In this document: positions 33,441 to 42,873 of the stretch, piece after piece | How the letters are laid out: every line of letters starts with the position of its first letter | Position numbering within the stretch: the first letter of the stretch is position 1 | NCBI GenBank assembly: GCA_013265495.1 | Contig: MU058221.1 | Location: 4,714,001 to 4,756,873 of the forward strand | Length of the DNA: 42,873 bases | Source: Vicugna vicugna | Lineage: Eukaryota | Reading direction: 5' to 3' | Translations under genes and position numbers: made by a program | Notes under the pieces: generated by a model | Told to the model about the DNA's origin: nothing | What the model saw: the letters and a program-made list of their open reading frames with translations, nothing else | Databases searched by the model: none

Positions 33441-34777
33441 GAGTGAATGGTTTTCAGAGCCAGGTCTGTGCAACACTGTTTTTAGGAATTACCCGGGGCT
33501 AAGCATCCTGGTTTGGGCTCTCAAGTTTTCTTTCAGGGAAACTAGGAACCGGGGCGGGGCAGGGCGGGGTGACGCCCTCAAAGCCACAGGTGTGGCCAGT
33601 CCAAAGTTGTTCCCATTACGTCCACCCTCTGCTTAACATCAGCCGGTCCTGCTTCCATTTCCTTTCAAATCAATCCAGGGCCGGTGGTTTCTGCTGACTC
33701 AAGTCCTTGGAATGTGAGACACCCAGGAATTCAAGCATCCCCCCCACAACGTCTCAGGGGCCTTTAGGGCAGGACAGGACCCCGGCCATCCTAATGGATG
33801 TGCAGAAACCCAGAGCTGCTGAAGGCAGGCTGCTGGCCATGCAGGGTTTCCCCGGGGCCAGGATGTCTGTCGAGCTCACCAGTAGGTCCAGTTTTGTATC
33901 TGTTTGTCCCGAGGAGATCAGACTCCGCGGAACTGGCTGTTTCACACTCATCCAAGTCATAAGTGACTCAAAACTAGAAGGTTATTAGTACGAGAACAGG
34001 ACGTCTAACTGGCCAAATAATTGGCTCTGGCCATTTGCTCAGCGGCCTACACTTGGCAGGCAAATCCACAAAGCATCCCAGATTACAGGCTGGGAACTGA
34101 GCGACTGAGAGAGACCAGCTCCGAGAGACCAATGCCAACTCCTTCAGGGCAGGTCCTGCGCCTGTGTTGCCCACCTTCACGTCTCCAGCAGCTGGTGCAG
34201 CCCCTGACCCATGGGAGGTGCCTAACAAAGACTCAACAAGATGTAAAGAAAGGGGATTAGCTATTCTTGGGAGACATACTCGTTTCCCCTAAAACCAACT
34301 GGCCATCCTACGGACAATTCTCTCTAAATGAACAGCAGTGGCCAATCGTCTCAGAGCATCTTTGTCCTTGGACACAGTGGGAGACACACCATTATTTCTA
34401 ACCTTGCGGCCTCCCCTTTTCGGGATTCCATGCAAGCCACACACACACACACATACAAGCCTTTTGTTATTATGACTTATTGCCTGCCGAGCACCCACCT
34501 TATTAACTTACATTTCGAGGCTCTTTTCCAGAGCTCTTTAATGGATGTTGGGGAGACAGGTGATAAGCTGAGAAGCCACGCCCGCCGGCTGCAGGGGATG
34601 GCTCACCCATTTAGCATGGATTCCATTCACTTCGCTTTCAAAGGGCCTCATTTGCTGACTTCCCTTAGAGCAACCCATCCTCCTCAAGTCCCATTCTTCC
34701 AGGGCCTTCCTCTGTGAGTTTGTGAGGTTTTCAGTTAGCATGTGATATTTTTTCCCCCGAGGTTTCTTCCTCCCTAC

Positions 34778-34823
34778 TTCCCTCCCTTCCTTCCTTCCTT
34801 CCTTCCTTCCTTCCTTCCTTCCT
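34778..34823. repeat. (CCTT)n microsatellite at the tail of a SINE
   Basis: About 10 CCTT units adjoining the SINE 3' end. Confidence 0.92.
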
Positions 34824-34825
34824 TT

Positions 34826-34899
34826 GCAGGTACTGGGGACTGAACCCAGGGCCTCGTGCATGTTAAGCACGTGCTCCATCACTGAGCTATTCCCACCCC
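34826..34899 (-). mobile_element. tRNA-Ala-derived SINE (Vic-1-like)
   Basis: 'ggtactggggactgaacccagggcctcgtgcatgttaagcacgtgctccatcactgagcta'. Confidence 0.88.
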
Positions 34900-35107
34900 T
34901 CTCCTCTGAGGATCAGGCCCCCCGGGCTCTTTTTGGACAAGTCATTCACTTCACAAATCAGCACCCAGAGCCCTCTGCAGCAGCCAGGTGCACAGCGGTC
35001 TCCGAGCCTGTAAGTGGAGGACACTCCCTCCCAAGGGCTGCCCTCTGGGAGAGGAAGACGTTTAACTGCGGTCGTGGAGAACTGTAAAGTGAATCGGGAG
35101 CACTTCA

Positions 35108-35320
35108 CTGGGCGATTCTGCAACTTGGCATGCATACTCAGGACCCTCTTGGGTGTTCTTACAAATGCAGATCCTTGGGCCCCACCCCTCAGAAATTCTG
35201 ACCCAGTAAATCCCAGCGAGTGTTCAAGGGCTGGGAAGGTTTTAACAGGCAAGCGCTCCCCGCCTCAACCCCCCAGGAAGGCGATTTTACTGGAAGTGGC
35301 CCAAGCACACTTGAAGGAAG
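35108..35320 (+). mobile_element. MER5-like hAT-Charlie MITE
   Basis: 'caacttggc...aaatgcagatccttgggccccacccctcagaaattctgacccagta...ttttaaca...cacacttga'. Confidence 0.7.
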
Positions 35321-35624
35321 GGACCAGGAAATGGTTCACAAAGGCAGGGGTCTCCAGCTGATTTTTTTAAAGGCGGAAGGAGTAGAAACTTTCTAGGCAC
35401 AGAGGTGCAAAATGGCACGACCTTATCTTCCATTTTGAGAAAACAGAAGGCCCCGAGACACAACTGTCACAGCTCCACCCCTTTAAACCGCCCACTTTGT
35501 GTCCGTTGATGGCTGTCAGCAGAGAATGAAGTGTCCTACCTCCTGGGGAGAAGTTAACTTCACCTGGGCTCTTCCTCACTCCTCCAACCTCCCCGCTGCC
35601 CCACTTGGTCACAGGCACAAATAA

Positions 35625-35676
35625 ACACACGCGAGCGCACACACGCTGGCGCGCAAACACACACACACACACACAC
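35625..35676. repeat. Mixed (CA)n/(CG)n tract
   Basis: acacacgcgagcgcacacacgctggcgcgcaaacacacacacacacacacac. Confidence 0.9.
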
Positions 35677-36519
35677 CCTCCCCTAAGCCTATAAACACAC
35701 TGGAGCCTCTCCCATTCCCAAAATCATCAGAAGCAGCCTCTTCACTCTGCACCCCTCCACTTACCAACTTCTAGTTCCATTTATTTCAATAAGCTTCTTC
35801 CAACATAAAAGAAAGGGGGGAAAAAAAAAGAAACAAAAGGGCTATGGAACCCGTACATGTTCACTACAGAAAATCTCAAAACTAAGGGAGGAAAAAAGTC
35901 CTTTACAATCCACATCATAAGCTTTCATGACACTCAAAATGTATCAGAAAGGCAATTCAATTAATTTTGTCACCAGAATGTAAACGTCTCGCAGATAAGG
36001 ACGTGGTTTTTTTATCCTTGTTTCCTCGGTGGACAAAGAAGACTCTCAATAAATATGTATAAATTGAACAAATAACATAAATCATTCATATTACACACTA
36101 AAGAGTCTGCTGTCCATTCAGACTTTATTTTATGTGTTTGCTTTATTAGCAAACAAAAAAGGCGCCATGTACACACATCATTTAGAGAAGGATCACTATG
36201 TGTTTGAAGCCTGATTTTCTTACTGAAAACATACCACAAATATATTTCTAGCTGCTTTGGGTTTGAATAAACCATCATTTATTTAGGTTGTCTTCAATCT
36301 TAAAGATTAAAAAAAAAACCATTGTGATAAACATCCTTGTATCTAAAATCTTTGCATGTATCAATCATGATTTAAATGAGTTGAAGTGGGATTGCCATAT
36401 CCAAGACTGGGTAAGACTCTGTGGCTCTTTGAAGTCCTGTTTTGGAATAGTTGTACCAATTCATGTGAATTGCTAGTAATGAAATAAACAAGATTGAAAA
36501 AAAAATTAGTGGTGGAAGA

Positions 36520-36830
36520 GAACTTTATATTAGATGAAGTGGTCAGGAAAAGCTTCTCTAAGGAGGTGACTTTAGGTTAAGGCTGTTACAGGAAGAATCG
36601 GGTACAGACGTGCCAGAGACAGGAAAGGAGACCACTCTGCATCCACGTAACACGGATCACACAGTCGGGGCAGAAGACAAGCTGAAGTAAGCAGAGGCAG
36701 ACCCCGCCAGGACTTCAGGCCTCGGTAGGAATTTGAGAGACAGTCTGTAGAAGATGGCGAGCACTGAAGGTGAGCCACTGAAGGGCTCTAAGCAGTGGAC
36801 TACATGATCCATTGGTGACTCTGAACAATG
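36520..36830 (-). mobile_element. L2 fragment
   Basis: 'gtggtcaggaaaagcttctctaaggaggtgac' and 'gagccactgaagggctctaagcag'. Confidence 0.75.
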
Positions 36831-36861
36831 GCTCTAGGAAGGAAACACATCAAAATAAAAC

Positions 36862-37280
36862 ATGGCAGCAACATAGATGGACCTGGAGATCGTCATACGA
36901 AGTGAAGTAAGTTAGAGAAAGAAAAATACCGTATGATATCACTTATATGTGGGATCTTAAAAAATGACACAAATGAATTTATTTACAAAAAAGAAAGACT
37001 CACAGACTTAGAAAACAAACTCACGGTGACCAAAGGGGAAAGGGGGTGGGGGTGGGATAATTTAGGAATCTGGGATTAGCAGATACAAACTACTATATAA
37101 AAAGTAGATAAACAACAAGGTCCTAATGTATAGCACGGAGAACTACATTCAATATCTGGTAATAATCTGTAATGAAAAAGAATATGAAAAAGCATATATA
37201 TATGTAAAACTGTATATGTAAGACATCACTATGATGTATACCAGAAACTAACACAACATTGGAAATCAAATATAAAAAAC
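36862..37280 (+). mobile_element. L1 ORF2 end + 3' UTR (cetartiodactyl type)
   Basis: 'gcagcaacatagatggacctggagatcgtcata...gtatgatatcacttatatgtgg...gactcacagacttagaaaacaaact'. Confidence 0.9.
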
Positions 37281-37439
37281 ATATACAACAATGTTTACCT
37301 CTGTGTGGTAAGTTCATACGTGATTTTTATTTTTTCTTTAAAATTTTCTATATTTTTCAAAATTTCTCCAGTGAGCATGTATTATTTTTTACAGTTTTGA
37401 AAATTTAGTCAAAAAAGGGAAAAAAAAAAGCTAACCAGA

Positions 37440-38600
37440 AGTGGAACAAAGGACAACCGAAGGGAGTATGATTGGTGGTGAGGGGACAAAATTCACTGTG
37501 AGTCTCGAGGAGGGAGGGTAGCAACCTGGGATGGTTTGGTTGCCATGGGAATGGAGTGAAAGGGGCGAACCTGACCAACGTTTAATGGATAAAATCCACT
37601 GGTGACTGACTGGCCACGGGAAATAAATGGGAGCGAAGTCTAGATGACTGTTGGGTTTCATGTTGGGTAACTGACTGGGTCGATGGTGACTCTGCTCAAA
37701 CCAGCAGAGGATACAGGAAGAGCACAGGGATGGGAGGGAAGATGAGAGTGGTGTCACTGAAGATGAGTGGCCCACAGCATCAAAAGCCAAGCAATCAGAT
37801 GAATCAGGTTACAAAGCTGAGGAAGAGGAGTGAGTTACTTTAAGAATTTTGACTATGAAGAGGAGAAAAAACCAGAGGACTTTAACCAGAGGGAGGGTAG
37901 GATTGGAGTGTTTCTCAGCCAAGGGAAACAAACCAGCAGAGGCTGAGGAGACGTCAAAGAGGTGGTGAAGGGCAGGATCCAAGACGGGATGAAGTGGGAT
38001 AAGCAGAGGTGGGACTGAACTGGAAAAAGGACATCTCGGCTCTGCTGGGGTGGGAGCGAGGGCACAGGACAGCAGGACGCACACGTACAGACTCCTCTGG
38101 AGGTTCACGGTGGGAAGGGGAAGACGTTTTTGCTGCTTGAACTTTACTCCCTCCATGTACTGGGTGAGGTTATCTGTTGAGGACGTGGTTGGGAAGCAGT
38201 TGAGGCCAGGTGGTGAAGGGCTATAATAATCTGAGAAAGGCAGAGCATGCTGATAGGACAAGAACTGCTCAGTGGGGCTAAGGCCCAACTGCAGGTGCAT
38301 CCACTAGGTTTTATAATAGCTCTTCCCTCACCACCCCGGAATCTGCGTATTTCCACCATTTCTTTACATTGTGTTCTGTACCTCAAGCAGACATATGTGG
38401 GAGGGGGGTGAATTGTGATGCAATTTACTCAGGATTGGGAGTTTGCAGAGGTACAGCTTGAGAATGAGGGGTCTAAAGAGGTGAAGGTCATGAATGAGAA
38501 TAGTTTTAGTTGACCCAAAGGGTACCCATTGGATCAGGAAGAGAATTCAGTCCAAAAAAAAGGTCAAGTGGAAAGATCACGGGGCGGAGGTTCTGAAGTA
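37440..38600 (-). mobile_element. Decayed L2 ORF2 region
   Basis: Minus-strand remnant LAFDAVGH (~37765-37790) matches the L2/CR1 RT motif AFDTVDH; purine-rich plus strand typical of antisense L2. Confidence 0.6.
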
Positions 38601-38616
38601 AAAGAGTAGATTTAAG

Positions 38617-38785
38617 AGGGGAGGGTATAGCTCAGTGGTCGAGTGCCTGCCTAGCATTCAAAAAGTCCTGGGTGCAATCCTTAGTAGCTCCATTAAAACT
38701 AAATAAATAAAAACCTATTTACCTCCTCAAAAGTAATATAAAAGTAAATAAATAAAAAAGTAATAAGTAAATAAAATTTTAAAAT
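38617..38785 (+). mobile_element. tRNA-Ala-derived SINE (Vic-1-like), long-tail variant
   Basis: GGGGAGGGTATAGCTCAGTGGTCGAG...GTCCTGGGTGCAATCC; flanks aagagtagatttaa / aagagagatttaa. Confidence 0.9.
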
Positions 38786-39149
38786 AAGAGAGATTTAATG
38801 GCAGAGCGAGAAAGCTAGAAAAGCAAGCAGTCACAATAAAACAGGAAATTGTGCATCAGAGCTCCGGGTGTGGTCAGGAGGGGAGCTGGTGGCTGAAGTG
38901 CAGGTGCACGTGGTTAGATTTTGAGAAATTGAGGCATTGCAAGGCTGTGCTTGAAAATCCTCAGGGTGGCAGAATTCTGAAATGAAAACTGTAGAGTTGG
39001 AGGCCTCAGCGGCTCTGAGGCCCTAGTGACTATGAGATTGGCGGAGAGCAGAACTGTGAGACACGAGACAGCAGACTTTCTGACCCTCCCAAGCCCCCAG
39101 GTAGGCGGCAGAAAACTGTGGTTAGCAGCAGGGCCCCTGAAACACAAGG

Positions 39150-39330
39150 GGACTCAAATCTTGGCTCTACTAGTTTGACCAGGTATGAGGCCAAGTCTAT
39201 TGACTTTTCTGTGCCTCACCTGCCTTACGAGTTAAATGAAGATATACGAGTTAAATGAAGATATACGAGCACCCACAAGTAAAGTGCTTATCGCCAAGGC
39301 TGCTACACGTAACTCAATTTGCCGCCATCA
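39150..39330 (+). mobile_element. MIR fragment containing a 19-bp tandem duplication
   Basis: 'tcaaatcttggctctacta...tgtgcctca...ttaaatgaagata...gtaaagtgctta'. Confidence 0.7.
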
Positions 39331-39371
39331 TTTCTCATTTGAACGACGAAGGGGATGAAACAGATTCTAAG

Positions 39372-39885
39372 GCTGAGATTCTCAACTTTTCTGGTCTCAG
39401 AATCCCTTTACACTCTTCAGAATTATTGAAGACCCCAAAGAGCTTTTAAAAAAAATCTGTATTATGATTTTTATCATATCAATAATGTGTATTATTGATT
39501 TTTAAACTAAAATTAAAACTGAGAACGTCTTTTAAAATAACCCATTTCCTAGTAACACAAATATTTTTAAAAATAATTTCTCAAAAAAAATGGAAGTATG
39601 ACATTGTTTTACACTTTTGTAAACAGTATCTTTTATGTTTAGTTTAACTGAAGACAATTGGATTCTTTTTTTATGTAGTCCAAAAAAATTTTTTTTAATA
39701 TATTTTTTCATTGAAGTACAGTCAGTTTACAAGGTTGTGTCAATTTCTGGTGTACTAGATTCTCTTAGCTGCTCCTACAGTGCATCTATTGAGATGTGCT
39801 GTTTCAAGTACATAAAAAAAACCAAGCAACTCGCTGATCCTCTGAAAGGATCTTGAGGACTCTGGACCAGTCTTTGAGAATGGTT
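39372..39885 (+). mobile_element. Charlie1-like hAT fossil with a short antisense L1 3' end (~39688-39756) inside
   Basis: Start 'ttctcaacttttctggtctcagaatccctttacactctt...ttattgaagaccccaaagagctttt'; end 'ggaccagtctttgagaa'. Confidence 0.75.
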
Positions 39886-39909
39886 CCTTTAAACTTTCTT
39901 CCAGCTTTA

Positions 39910-40300
39910 AATCATTCATTCATTCACCCATTCAACACTATTGGATCCCAGAGACAGAAAGGGATTATGTGGTTGCCTGTCTTGGAGGATTTTAGCTGAG
40001 AAAAGAGATGAAAATTAATTAAAAATTATGTACAGTGTAAGTGAGCACAGAGGAGGAAATTACTGGTGTGCCTGAGAGGCAAGGAAGGCTTAACAGAGTG
40101 CAGGGAATTAGAATTTAGGCTTAAATAGCCTGTGTTCCCTGTAAGCAGAGGGAAGAGCACATGCAAAGGCCCAGAGGCAGAATTAAGAGTACAAGAAAGC
40201 ACAGGGTACATGGGCAGAGGAAGGAAAAGTCATTAGGCTGGAAAAGATTGCTGGGCCTTATATGAGAAGTTAAAGTTCACCTTCTAGATCACAGGAGGCT
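39910..40300 (-). mobile_element. L2 3' fragment
   Basis: (CATT)n tail 'tcattcattcattcacccattcaac' and 'cagagggaagagcacatgcaaaggcccagaggc'. Confidence 0.8.
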
Positions 40301-40324
40301 GGGGTAATAAGAGCTTGCTTTTCT

Positions 40325-40740
40325 TTTTTTAAGTCAGGTTTATTGAGGTATAATTTGTACAGAAATAAAGTGTAATCTTTTAGGTTTACAGATCTGTAAG
40401 TTGTGACAAAGGTGTACAGTAAACACTAACACAATCAAGACAGAATATTCTCATCACCTCAAAAGGTTCTCTGCAGTCCATCTCCATCCCCCACCCCCTC
40501 AGCTGCAGGAAACTACTGATCTGATTTCTGTCCCTACAGTTTAAGTTTTTACTTCATAAAAATAATTACACACTCACAAGTAGTTGCAGAGCAAGCCCTT
40601 GCACACTTCCCCCAGCCCCTTCCAATGGTAACATCTTATGAAACTATAGAAAAATAGCTAAGCCAGGAAGCTGACATTCGTGCAATGCAATTAACTAGAC
40701 TACAGACCTTATTCTGATTTCACCAATATTTACATGCATT
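40325..40740 (-). mobile_element. Two old L1 3' UTR fragments (L1MB-like then L1MC-like)
   Basis: 'tttattgaggtataatt...actactgatctgatttctgtccct' then 'ccaatggtaacatcttatgaaactata...actagactacagaccttatt'. Confidence 0.75.
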
Positions 40741-41859
40741 AGCTCGTTTTAAGGAACACAACTGGGCCACAGCATGGAATTTGGGTCGGCAAGGCAAGAG
40801 AAGGAAGGAGAACTCCAGGAAGTGCAGGGAAAGGAAAGGACTGGAGGGAGCGTTTCTGAAGAACAGAAATCATTTGATGAACAATTTGGTATGAGTGGTT
40901 AAATTACTCCTTTTTTGGGAAATGCAATCTCCTATTTGGCAGGAGAGCAAGAAGAGGGTTGTTTTAACCGAAGGGCCTGACCTCTAGTTGAATTGAGGAA
41001 ATGTTTCCCCCAGGCATGAAAACCCCAAATAACCGTAATATTCCTGCTTACTCTTATTCAGACAGGAAAAAAGCCTTTTTTTTCAGATTCTTCATTTTCT
41101 TATTTTTGCCTGATTAAAAACAATAAAATAACTGTCAAAGATCTGATATTCCCTTCAGGTTTAGCCAGCCACCTGTACACTCTCCTTAGCAGGATTAGTT
41201 AACCATTCCCCAAACCAAAGCAAACTAAACTTCTAGACTCATTTTTATGGAGCTCAGCAGTATTCTTCAGCTCTCCCACCTGCTCCAGCATTTTATCTGA
41301 CTATAGCCATATATTTACCTGATAATGCCTTAATCTCTATAACTAATTTATTGCTAGACATCATTTATTCGTCACAAAACTATAGGGGTGGTGGTGTCTT
41401 CACTTTTACAGCCCAATTGCGAGTCCTAAGAGTTTGGTATCCTGATCACACACGCCAATACTGTAAAACGTTACAAAGGCACCAGCGCAGGGAAGCATTC
41501 AGTCGGTGTTAACCAGCCTTGTTTAAAGCCCTATTCTCCCTGTTCCCCAAAACCCCAATTACAGCCCAGGTGAAACACTTTCTTCGATAGCTGTGCTGGG
41601 CTGAATTTAGGCAAAAGCTTCGTAGAGGCATTGGAAATAACTCTGGTGACAAAAGTCCTCATTTAAATCCCAGTTTGTTTAAACCTTCGTTAGGCCGATA
41701 CCTAGTTCATCATTAGTTACTACCAAATACAGCCCTTGGGTGGAGCTGAGTGACTTAATAGCTACTTCCTTGACTTTAAAACCAGTTTTTAATATCTTTG
41801 AAATCAAGAAGTTTCTTAAAATCAGACTTAATGAAGTATGGTAACACACTGTGCTTTTG

Positions 41860-42260
41860 CTGTGTCCTGTGCTAGATATTTTATATATATTTTAGCACTT
41901 AATCCTCCAAATGCCTGTTGTTATTTTTGTTATTATTATCATCTGGAATCGCGCTCATTTTGAAGATGGGACACCCAAGGCCCAAGGAGGCGGAGTCATT
42001 TGCAGCAGATCACACTAGTAACGGTGAGTAATCCCAAAGCAAGTAGTATTTTAGAGTCCAATTTCAGTAGACTTAGTTTAGGAGTACAGTTCTAGTTTAT
42101 GCAAAAAAAAAAAATTTCAAAAATAAAAGCAAATTAAAACAAGAGCCAAAAAAAGAGACAAAAGAAAAGGAAGCTCAGCAAGGTTAAATAACTTGTCCAA
42201 GGTTACAGATTAGAACCAGAATCCCTGGCAGATCTGTCTTGACTCCCAAGTGCGACTTCT
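41860..42260 (-). mobile_element. MIR fragments
   Basis: 'tgtgctagatatt...ttaatcctc...cattttgaagatgggacaccca' and 'aggttaaataacttgtccaaggttacag...tctgtcttgactcccaag'. Confidence 0.7.
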
Positions 42261-42399
42261 TTCCACCAGCCATGCTACCAACCAACACGTGGTAAGGAGC
42301 AGTATAAATATTTGATGAACTAATAATGCCTGAAAACAAAGTTGACAAGGAAGAGGGTAGAAATGTAAAAGAAACGGAAAAGCAGTTCACGGGTAGGAA

Positions 42400-42873
42400 A
42401 AAAAGGTCGCGCGCGCTCACACACACACGGACACACACCCCGACAGTGTGCAGAGCGGCGCACGCAGGGTGGGCCGAGGGGCTGTAACACACTTTGCGCG
42501 GGTCCCGCCAGACACCCGGCGGGCGGGAGCGGAGTCTCGGAAGGAGCCGGTTCCCGAGCACAGCAGCCCAGCCCCGCCGCCTCCCGGCTGGCCTCCCGCG
42601 CCCACGCCCTGCCGACCGCGAGTCGCTCGGCCGGGCAACACCGACGACGCCCGGAGGCCAGCCGCCGCTCCCTTCGGGGCCGCTGGCTTAAAAAGAAAGA
42701 CGAACACGTGTCCCCGGCCGGTCCGCAACCTCTCCTCGGGGTCGGGGCCCGCACGGCGCGGCCCGCGCTCGGCCCGGCAGCCATGCGCCCGAGGGCGGGA
42801 GCCTCTCGGGATCGCAGCGCGCCGCCGGGAAGCCGCCGCCGCCGCGGGCTGCCGGGCCCAGAGGGGGGCGCCG
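42400..42873. promoter_or_regulatory. Start of a CpG-island promoter running off the window
   Basis: Abrupt switch to very high GC/CpG. In human, KCMF1 follows TMSB10, so this is plausibly its promoter, but no coding sequence is visible to confirm. Confidence 0.85.

Noticed and set aside
37809..38300. 163-aa minus-strand ORF
   Set aside because: Lies in decayed L2 sequence.
38617..38692. Possible tRNA-Ala gene (also other copies)
   Set aside because: Acceptor stem not intact; has SINE tail and TSD and is multi-copy and diverged, so it is a SINE.

Overview
Mammalian genomic DNA, most likely a camelid (Camelus/Lama/Vicugna). This is inferred from about seven tRNA-Ala-like SINEs resembling the camelid Vic-1 type, cetartiodactyl-type L1 3' ends, and no recognised Alu, Bov-A/BovB or PRE-1 elements. 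The only protein-coding gene I can support is thymosin beta-10 (TMSB10; + strand, three exons, ~650-1680, inside a CpG island). A 4-bp AAGC duplication gives it the artiodactyl 'thymosin beta-9' C-terminus (-EKQAK), while the -KRSEIS* tail stays intact in the shifted frame. About 40 kb of repeat-rich intergenic DNA follows (L1, L2, MIR, MaLR/ERVL/ERV1 LTRs, hAT fossils, SINEs, several nested). The window ends in a second CpG island, by human synteny probably the KCMF1 promoter (not verifiable here). Most notable non-coding observations: (1) a TSD-flanked ~400-bp mini-L1 whose 5' end is fused to the 3' UTR exactly at an AG, with a 3' transduction (candidate spliced or non-autonomous L1); (2) a gapless 110-bp, 79%-identical duplicated module with a shared hairpin; (3) two co-oriented consensus CTCF sites; (4) a dense AP-1/ARE motif cluster at 25-34 kb. 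The other ORFs in the track look like GC-rich or repeat-derived noise. Repeat names are from memory of consensus sequences and boundaries are approximate.
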